Assembly: GCA_016840165.1 (NCBI GenBank)
Contig: JAEOSU010000024.1
Location: 1 to 33,080, forward strand
Origin: Promethearchaeota archaeon
Lineage (GTDB): Archaea > Asgardarchaeota > Lokiarchaeia > Sigyniarchaeales > SOKP01
Direction of reading: 5' to 3'
DNA length: 33,080 bases
The notes under the pieces were generated by a model. It had not been told where the DNA came from, ran no database searches, and saw only the letters and a list, made by a program, of their open reading frames with translations. Shown here in pieces: positions 1 through 7,730 of this stretch. Made by a program: the position numbers and the translations under genes. The first letter of the stretch is position 1, and the number at the start of each line of letters is the position of its first letter.

Positions 1-933
1 ATTTATAATATCTTTTTTAGCTTTATTTTGAATATCTCTCCAACTAACCACCTTATTATGTTTATTTACATGGTGTATTTCTAAAGCGGGTAAATTTTCT
101 ATACCTGTTTGACAATAACTACATCTAACTAATCTATAATTAGAGATTAGTTTAAAAACAAATAATTTTTTCTTAAAATTGTGAATGGATTTCTTTATAG
201 AAAAACAATTTTTACAAATTGACCGTAGTCGATTTCTGCTTATAGCAAATTCACTATGAGCTTTTATTTCACCACAGAAACTACATTCTTTATATCCATC
301 CTTGTTATACAGATTCTTTTTTTTCAATCTTGTAAGATAAAATTCTTCATTAGACTTCTTTAAATAATCAAAAATTTCAACGATATTATATTCCAAAGAA
401 GATCTAGTTAGACCTAATGTTACATTTTCTTTAAATAATTGAGATGCATAATTTTTTCTCTTAAAATTCTCATCTTTAATTGTGGAAAATCCACGAATAA
501 TTCTGATTAAATCTAATAAGTAATTAACAACCCCTATTCTCCTGAAATTATTTAATAAATTAGCCTTTACTTTCCTAAAAGATTTTAACCCTAATTTTCG
601 CTGGAAGGAATAATCATAAATTTCAAATTTAAGTAATACCAATTCAAGAATTAAATTTTCATCAAATATATCGTTAGTATTAATTAATTTGAAAATGAAA
701 TCTGCTAATCTTAAACGTGTACTTTTTGGAAATTTCTTTTCATATTCCGGATTATTTAACTCTTCTTTTTCATCCATTAAAGATTTTATTTGGATGTGGT
801 TATTGGGAACTAAATTATTTTGTCTCAAATTTTTGCTTTCATTCTTGTGAAAGGAGTCATATAATAAGAGTAAAAACACAATAAAAAATATAATCAAAGC
901 GAAAATCTTTAAGAATATTCCATTTTCCAACAT
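1..933 (-). CDS. HNH-like endonuclease with Zn-finger motifs and an N-terminal hydrophobic helix; partial, runs off the window start
   Basis: Not in the ORF track. Translated by hand from ATG at 933, open to position 1: MLENGIFLKIFALIIFFIVFLLLLYDSF... KECSFCGEIKAHSEF...RSICKNC ... RCSYCQTGIENLPALEIHHVN. The CxxC..CxxC finger and CxxC...LExHH segment are typical of HNH nucleases. Confidence 0.65.
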   Translation of the reverse strand, partial: MLENGIFLKIFALIIFFIVFLLLLYDSFHKNESKNLRQNNLVPNNHIQIKSLMDEKEELNNPEYEKKFPKSTRLRLADFIFKLINTNDIFDENLILELVLLKFEIYDYSFQRKLGLKSFRKVKANLLNNFRRIGVVNYLLDLIRIIRGFSTIKDENFKRKNYASQLFKENVTLGLTRSSLEYNIVEIFDYLKKSNEEFYLTRLKKKNLYNKDGYKECSFCGEIKAHSEFAISRNRLRSICKNCFSIKKSIHNFKKKLFVFKLISNYRLVRCSYCQTGIENLPALEIHHVNKHNKVVSWRDIQNKAKKDIIN

Positions 934-1110
934 TCCTATTTGATACTATTTTATTAATATTTAAAGGAAAAACGGACCATAAAATTAGTATTAAAAAAAG
1001 AATAATGCAATGATTCAAATCCTTTTATATCATCTGATAAAATTAATAAAACCTATAATTTTGAAATGTTTATTAAATCTTAATAAACTGTATTATGCTA
1101 AGTGTTTTTT

Positions 1111-2919
1111 ATGACAATGAATGAGGCATCCAAAATAATTCGTGCTCCGATTGCATGCATTCTTGGACATATAGATCATGGTAAAACTAGCCTTCTTGAT
1201 TATGTGAGAGGAACAGTTGTCCAAAAAAGAGAAGCTGCTGGTATAACCCAACATATTGGTGCTTCTTATTTTCCTACAGAAGATATTAAGGAGTTTTTAA
1301 AGAAATCAAAGCAAGAATTTGCTGATAAAGAAATCAAGCTCCCTGGATTATTAATCGTTGATACACCGGGGCATGCAGCCTTCATGAATCTTAGAAGGAG
1401 AGGGGGGGCAGTGGCTGATATTGCAATTCTTGTAATTGATGTTACTGCTGGGACAATGCCAATTACTTGGGAGTCAGTGCGGATTTTACGTGAACGGAAA
1501 ACACCATTCGTCATCGCTGCTAATAAAATAGATCGTATCACAGGATGGAAACCAAAAAAGGATGCTGATTTTTTAGATACATACAATAGTCAAAAACCTC
1601 ATGTTAGAGACTTCTTAGATGAAAAATTATTAGAAATAATTGGTAATTTCCTAGAAGAGGGATTTAAGGGTATTGATAGGTATGATAAAATTAAGGATTT
1701 TACAAAGAAAATCGCAATTATTCCTACCAGCGCTAAAACAGGAGAGGGAATTTCAACACTTTTAATGGTCCTAATGGGCTTAGTTCAACAATATCTTACC
1801 CAAAACCTAAAATTTTCTGAGGGTGCGGCTAAAGGAGTCGTATTAGAGGTAAAAAAGGAGAAAGGACAAGGAGTTACTTTAGACGTGTTGATATACGATG
1901 GTATACTTCATAAAGGAGACGAATTTATCGTTGGTGGATTAGAAAAACCAATCAAATCTAAAGTACGTGCGCTTTTAATTCCTAAACCGATGGATGAAAT
2001 TAGAGATCCCCGACAAAAATTCGATCACGAAGATTTTGTAAGTGCTGCGGCTGGTATTAAAATACTAGCTCCTAATATTGATGATGTGGTGGCGGGTTCT
2101 CCCTTTAAAAGCATTAGTGACCCTTCTCAAGAAGAACAAGTATATTCGGAAATAGAAGAGGAAGTACAAAGTATACGTATTAAAACAGATAAAGCGGGAG
2201 TAGTCTTAAAAGCAGATACCCTCGGATCATTGGAAGCACTTGAAAATCATTTTACAAAAAATGGCGTAAAGATAAGCATTGCTGATGTAGGACCGATTAA
2301 AAAGGAAGATATCATTAATGCAAATATTGTAAAAGGTCTTGACCCCTACTCCGCCACCGTTTTAGGGTTTAATGTGCCGATCTTGCCCGAAGCAAAAGAA
2401 CAAGCATCTACTGATAATATACGAATTTTTACTAATAATGTGATATACCGATTGCTTGAAGATTATATTGAGTATGCTGAGACAAGAAAGGCTGAAGACA
2501 CCGCAAAAGGATTGAGTGAATTAATTCTACCCGCAAAACTGTCTATGATGCCTGACTTTATATTTAGAAATTCAAATCCCGCTGTATTTGGAGTTCATGT
2601 GGATCTCGGCACACTTTATCCCCGAGTTCCTTTAATAACTCAAAATGGAAAAAAAGTTAGGCGAATTCATCAAATTCAGGATAAGGGAAAAACTCTTGAA
2701 AAAGCTAATAAAGACGAAGAGGTCGCGATCTCTATTCGAGGTATAGAAGTAGGCAAAGACATAGAAAAAGATGAAATACTCTTTGTTAGCGTTCCAGAAT
2801 CCCATGTGAGACAATTACTTGGCAAATTCGTTGATGAATTAACCACCGACCAAAAGACAGCATTGAGAGAATATATTATTTTAATGCGAAAATCAACCCA
2901 TCCTTGGTGGGGAATGTAA
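1111..2919 (+). CDS. infB: Translation initiation factor IF-2 (aIF5B)
   Basis: IRAPIACILGHIDHGKTSLLD, GITQHIGAS, DTPGH, NKID, KADTLGSLEAL; about 600 aa, the archaeal length. Start placed at ATG 1111 (1117 also possible) rather than GTG 1102. Confidence 0.97.
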   Translation: MTMNEASKIIRAPIACILGHIDHGKTSLLDYVRGTVVQKREAAGITQHIGASYFPTEDIKEFLKKSKQEFADKEIKLPGLLIVDTPGHAAFMNLRRRGGAVADIAILVIDVTAGTMPITWESVRILRERKTPFVIAANKIDRITGWKPKKDADFLDTYNSQKPHVRDFLDEKLLEIIGNFLEEGFKGIDRYDKIKDFTKKIAIIPTSAKTGEGISTLLMVLMGLVQQYLTQNLKFSEGAAKGVVLEVKKEKGQGVTLDVLIYDGILHKGDEFIVGGLEKPIKSKVRALLIPKPMDEIRDPRQKFDHEDFVSAAAGIKILAPNIDDVVAGSPFKSISDPSQEEQVYSEIEEEVQSIRIKTDKAGVVLKADTLGSLEALENHFTKNGVKISIADVGPIKKEDIINANIVKGLDPYSATVLGFNVPILPEAKEQASTDNIRIFTNNVIYRLLEDYIEYAETRKAEDTAKGLSELILPAKLSMMPDFIFRNSNPAVFGVHVDLGTLYPRVPLITQNGKKVRRIHQIQDKGKTLEKANKDEEVAISIRGIEVGKDIEKDEILFVSVPESHVRQLLGKFVDELTTDQKTALREYIILMRKSTHPWWGM

Positions 2920-3079
2920 TAGCAATGATTAAAACTAGCCTTTTATGAGTTCTCATAATAAAATTCTCATTTCTTATCTACCTTATTTATTACTTAAAAA
3001 AACATATTTTATATAACCAATAAAATAATATCAATTTTCAAGTAGTTTTCTCGAAAATAATCTCTATTCTCTGATAGTT

Positions 3080-4534
3080 ATGAATTCCGTAAATCAAGTC
3101 TTTAATAAAGTCTTACTGGACATTCTTCCCTCCAAAAAAGAACTGGAGAAGACTATGAATATAGTAAAAAAAATTAGAGACTTATTGTCTTCGAAAGCAA
3201 AAGAGTTAAATATAGAATATACAAAAATTGAAGCTCAAGGTTCAACCGGGATAAAAAACACGCAATTAAAAGGTGATTTCGATATTGACCTTTTCATTGG
3301 TTTAGATTATGAAAAAATCAGGCATAATTTTAAAGGGTTGAGTAAAAATAAATTAAAAAAAGAATTAAAATCACTTTTTCTAAAGTATTGTAATACATGG
3401 CTCATAAAATCATTACCCAAAGAATATTTTTCAGAACCACGATTACTGTATGCAGAACATCCCTATGTGACTGTATCTTATTTAGCAGAAGATGAGGAGA
3501 TTAAGGTCGATATCGTCTTATACTTTGATCTAACCCTTGATTACATTGGAAAATATGGTCCAATAACCGCTGTAGACAGATCTCCATTGCATGGTCGCTT
3601 CATAAGAGACAATCTATCTTCCGAACAAAAAAATGATGTGCGATTGTTAAAACAATTTTTTAAGGCAGCTCACTGTTATGGTGATAAAAGTGCACTTGGA
3701 AAGGTTGGATTTATAGGTTATAGCGCAGAATTATTAGTCTATTATTTTGGTGATTTAACTACACTATTTAACCGATTTCATGAGCTTGAGTCAAAATCGC
3801 TTGATTATTATAACCGATCGGAAAAAGAATTAAGTGACATCATTCATTTTCAAAATGATTATTTAATTATCATCGATCCGATCGATAAAAATAGAAACGT
3901 GGCATCTGCGATTTCAAAGCGAGCATATAAGTATTGCAAGCACTTGATTTCTAAGTTTTTAGAAAAACCCAGTGAGTCATATTTCGAACAACGTGAAATT
4001 CAAGAAGCAAATTTAACCAAATTTGATGAAGGAAAAATAAAACACTTTTTTATTGCAGAGTTATTTAACCAAAATGAAGAGATACACTATACGGTAAATC
4101 GAGACAAACTTTATTCGCTCGCAGACAGTATAAAAGCTACAGGAGAGCGGGAATACAGTCATGATAAACGATTTGGGTCTATAGAATTTGAACTTTATTT
4201 TGATGACAACTTAAATGAGTACGATTTAGCCTTTTATGTGCAACATCCAAAAATATCAGAAACCTATTTGAGACAAGGACCGCCTCTAAAGGAGAAATAT
4301 CACGTTACAAAATTTAAAGAAAAAAATCCCAATTTTATTATCAAAAATGACTATCTCTGGGTGGAAACTAAAAGAGATTATAACGACTTTTTAAGCTATT
4401 TGAGAACATATATGAATGAAAATATTCCTAAGAATTTCAAAATTAAGAATATTTCAAATATTGTTGAGATCCAAACTAGTTTAGCTAGAAAAGCTTTATA
4501 TATTCTTGATAATATGGTTCTTCCATTTATTTAA
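3080..4534 (+). CDS. cca: Class I (archaeal) CCA-adding enzyme
   Basis: QGS...T.LKGDFDIDLF nucleotidyltransferase motif, YAEHPYV, TAVDRSPLH, VRLLKQF, GF.GY.AELLV, DPIDKNRNVASA, GPP. Confidence 0.95.
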   Translation: MNSVNQVFNKVLLDILPSKKELEKTMNIVKKIRDLLSSKAKELNIEYTKIEAQGSTGIKNTQLKGDFDIDLFIGLDYEKIRHNFKGLSKNKLKKELKSLFLKYCNTWLIKSLPKEYFSEPRLLYAEHPYVTVSYLAEDEEIKVDIVLYFDLTLDYIGKYGPITAVDRSPLHGRFIRDNLSSEQKNDVRLLKQFFKAAHCYGDKSALGKVGFIGYSAELLVYYFGDLTTLFNRFHELESKSLDYYNRSEKELSDIIHFQNDYLIIIDPIDKNRNVASAISKRAYKYCKHLISKFLEKPSESYFEQREIQEANLTKFDEGKIKHFFIAELFNQNEEIHYTVNRDKLYSLADSIKATGEREYSHDKRFGSIEFELYFDDNLNEYDLAFYVQHPKISETYLRQGPPLKEKYHVTKFKEKNPNFIIKNDYLWVETKRDYNDFLSYLRTYMNENIPKNFKIKNISNIVEIQTSLARKALYILDNMVLPFI

Positions 4535-4625
4535 AAATGATTAATTTCTTTTAACCAGTTTTTAGTCTTTTTTTTATTTAAATAAAACGGGTTTATAAGG
4601 TAAATTAAAAAAGCTAATCGATAAA

Positions 4626-5222
4626 ATGTACGATAATCAAAATTACTTGGAATATGAGGATGATAATTTATTTGATTCTTATAAAAATGAATATGTCTCT
4701 ACCATCTCAAATCTTTCCAGACAAGTTCGAACTTTATTGAATTATAGAGCTGCATTAATATATCATAGATTAAAACGTATTGAAGTAAAAACTGATGATC
4801 TTATACTTTCTAAATTTCAAATTAATAAAAGTAAATTTGAATCTCTAGCATTAAGATTTATCAAATTATCTCGTAATTTAACTCTTTATGAGGATCAACA
4901 TCATAATCTATCAAACTTTAGAAAAAAGAAATACTCCTCGATTTTAAAGGATATCGCACGTTTAACTAATCAAATATTTATTCTTTTACATTTTTTCTCA
5001 GAAGAAAACATGCTTTTACGTCCATTATTTTTTAAAGTACTAATGAGGATAGCACAAGAAGCGTGCAAAATAGAAATGTATCGAATTAAAGGGCATTTTG
5101 AATTCTATAAAGAATTATGTAAAAACTATAGATCAATAGAAAAGGAGGTTTCAAGACTATTTTTGAATACTGATTGCCAAAAACTTGAAAAACAAGAAGA
5201 AGGTGAAATAATAAGTATATGA
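4626..5222 (+). CDS. Hypothetical helical protein, probably translationally coupled to the LAGLIDADG gene
   Basis: 198-aa ORF whose TGA overlaps the next ATG (ATGA at 5219..5222); no family recognised. Confidence 0.7.
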   Translation: MYDNQNYLEYEDDNLFDSYKNEYVSTISNLSRQVRTLLNYRAALIYHRLKRIEVKTDDLILSKFQINKSKFESLALRFIKLSRNLTLYEDQHHNLSNFRKKKYSSILKDIARLTNQIFILLHFFSEENMLLRPLFFKVLMRIAQEACKIEMYRIKGHFEFYKELCKNYRSIEKEVSRLFLNTDCQKLEKQEEGEIISI

Positions 5223-7606
5223 AAACATATACAATGGTAAGTCGGAAATCTCTGGAAGAAGATCGAATAGCAATATGTCCTAAATTTGGTTGTGAAAGTT
5301 TAACTAGAGTTAAACCATTGAAATTTGGATTTTTAGGATTCGGAAAGTATCCAAAATGTAAAAAACATAAAATGCCATTAATATATATTGATGAAAGAAT
5401 TGGAGATTTTGTGGATGCTGCTCTATCATGCCTTTTCGATATATCAAGTTTACCTCCTAAAAATCTACTCTCTATGATTTCGGAGAAAATTCCCAATGAA
5501 CTAGATACATTTGTTAAAATCTGGATATCTTGTATAACAATTGGAAGAGGAGCACCCATAATATCTAGGTATATGGATTCGATTTCTAACTCATATCTTA
5601 AACATTTAACTAAAAAGCAAATTAAGTCGATTAATAACTGCGATAAAACAAAAAAGAATAATTATCAAACAATTAAGAATGGACTTCAAGAAGTTACGAA
5701 TCAATATACAAGATTACTTAAACACTTGAGAACTCATCATGAAGTTTTTAACTACCCTAAACAACTCAAACCATTTTCAAATAGCCTGAGAACTATACTT
5801 ACAATTTGGCTTGAAAATTGTAAAAAAGTAGAAAAAGAAATAATTTCGAATGAACAAAAATCCGATAAATCTTTAACTGAAGTAAAAAATATGTATGATT
5901 CTCTCCTTAATATAGGAATACTCATGTGCTTACTTGGATATTCAACAAAAAAGAGAGAAAAATTAACAAATAAAATAACGGCATTCGATCGTTTTAATGC
6001 TTATCACGAATTTTATACAAATGGAATTACTAGAAAATTTACTAAGAATGATATTTTGGCATTATATCAAAATATTTTCCAAAATTCTGAAGAAAATTTA
6101 TGTACTTTCGCTTCATTCGGACGAAAATTATCGGTCAATAACCCTGGGTTAAAAATTATCACCCCTAAGAGAGATATTATTAATCAATATACTCATTCTA
6201 ACGAGAAAAACATGATTTATAATTCATTTCTTAAAAAACTAAAATCTCCATCTGATAATTCAAATACTAATGCTAATAATTGGTTTACACAGATCCTATT
6301 AGAGACTATGAAACATTACTCCTTCCTGAAAGAATATGCTAGTCTTAGAAAAATGAGCATTCCTTTTGGATTATCGGATTCTTATCTTTATGATAAGAGA
6401 TACAAAAAATCGGTCATTTCTCATGAATATCTCGATGAAATGAGGAAAAATATAAGTGAATTTATTAAAAAAAAAATAAGATCAGATACTAATTTAACAA
6501 AAAAAGCATTAAAAGCACGAAATCAAATTGTTACTATTATTGAGAAATATAGGAATGAAAATAATCCGAAATTGACTGCAAATACTCAGATAAGTAAAAA
6601 ACTGAAAAAAAGTTATTTTCATGATATTTCTTCACCTCAACAAGCTTACTATCTAGGATTATTATTCGCTGATGGTTGGATAACTATTGCTCGAAGTAAA
6701 GGCGGTTCTCGTTCATTCAGAATCTCATTATCCCTAAAAGTTGAAGATAAACCAATCATTAAACGTTTTGCACAAGAGATTGGCTTAAACGAATCAAGAG
6801 TTCTTGAACGTGACAGCAAGGACCCAAAGACTGGAAATGTTTATCGCATGGCTTATCTACAATTTGGTGTTGGTAGCACATCAATAAAAAACTCCATGGC
6901 ACGTGATCTTATAAAGTTAGGAATGACATACAAAAAAGATACTATGGGAAAACGCAGCAAAGTTCCTATTCTCCCCGTTTTTTGTAACATTAAAGGCGAA
7001 GTAGACCAAGATCTAATGTTAGCATTTTTACTAGGTTATTTTGATGGCGATGGCACTTTGAAGGGATCTAATGGCGGAGAGATATATTCTAGCAATTATA
7101 ATTTTATTTCCGCTATAAAGATTGTGTATAATTTAGGAAAAATATGTAAAATCGAAAGAGTAAAATTTGATCCCCTTAAAAAATTTCATACAAAACGATC
7201 TCTTTATTCCTTATATATTAATAAAGAAATGTTTAAAGATATAATGAGTCTTAACTTGAATTCGATGGAAAGAAAAAGAGTCGACCCTAAATCGATTGTT
7301 CTTAATGCTCCTTTAATGACTAAACAAAGATTGTGGATAAAGAAAGAATTACCTAAAGAATATCTCAAGACAATCCTAAAAACCCATTCACCTAGTAAGA
7401 TCGCGAAATTAATTGGGATCGATCATAATACGTTTCTAAAATTCTTGAGAGTTGTTTACAATATCAAACCAAAAGAAAAGGGATATTATATAGCATTATC
7501 ATATGATAGAAAACAACAATCAGATAATAGTGAGTTAAATAGAATATATGTCGAAACAACAAGACACTTAATAGATATTGGTAAAAGAAATCCTTTCATT
7601 CAATAA
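5219..7606 (+). CDS. Multi-domain protein with an N-terminal Cys/His Zn-binding motif and a two-motif LAGLIDADG endonuclease domain
   Basis: YYLGLLFADG (6647..6676) and AFLLGYFDGDG (7022..7054). N-terminal CPKFGC...CKKH; HTH-like segments SLRKMSIPFGLSDSYL and SPSKIAKLIGIDHNTFLKFL. Confidence 0.85.
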   Translation: MKTYTMVSRKSLEEDRIAICPKFGCESLTRVKPLKFGFLGFGKYPKCKKHKMPLIYIDERIGDFVDAALSCLFDISSLPPKNLLSMISEKIPNELDTFVKIWISCITIGRGAPIISRYMDSISNSYLKHLTKKQIKSINNCDKTKKNNYQTIKNGLQEVTNQYTRLLKHLRTHHEVFNYPKQLKPFSNSLRTILTIWLENCKKVEKEIISNEQKSDKSLTEVKNMYDSLLNIGILMCLLGYSTKKREKLTNKITAFDRFNAYHEFYTNGITRKFTKNDILALYQNIFQNSEENLCTFASFGRKLSVNNPGLKIITPKRDIINQYTHSNEKNMIYNSFLKKLKSPSDNSNTNANNWFTQILLETMKHYSFLKEYASLRKMSIPFGLSDSYLYDKRYKKSVISHEYLDEMRKNISEFIKKKIRSDTNLTKKALKARNQIVTIIEKYRNENNPKLTANTQISKKLKKSYFHDISSPQQAYYLGLLFADGWITIARSKGGSRSFRISLSLKVEDKPIIKRFAQEIGLNESRVLERDSKDPKTGNVYRMAYLQFGVGSTSIKNSMARDLIKLGMTYKKDTMGKRSKVPILPVFCNIKGEVDQDLMLAFLLGYFDGDGTLKGSNGGEIYSSNYNFISAIKIVYNLGKICKIERVKFDPLKKFHTKRSLYSLYINKEMFKDIMSLNLNSMERKRVDPKSIVLNAPLMTKQRLWIKKELPKEYLKTILKTHSPSKIAKLIGIDHNTFLKFLRVVYNIKPKEKGYYIALSYDRKQQSDNSELNRIYVETTRHLIDIGKRNPFIQ

Positions 7607-7730
7607 AATTTATAAAAATAATCCTTGTTAGTCTAATAAATCTCTTAATTTTTAATAAAAGCATAAAATTTTTATGAATTAGAGTATTCAAACAATTAAT
7701 TATAATATTTAAAATAGTTGTGAATTTAAT

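Noticed and set aside
4535-7730. IS element or intein boundaries around the LAGLIDADG cassette
   Set aside because: I found no terminal inverted or direct repeats, transposase motifs or intein splice motifs by eye.
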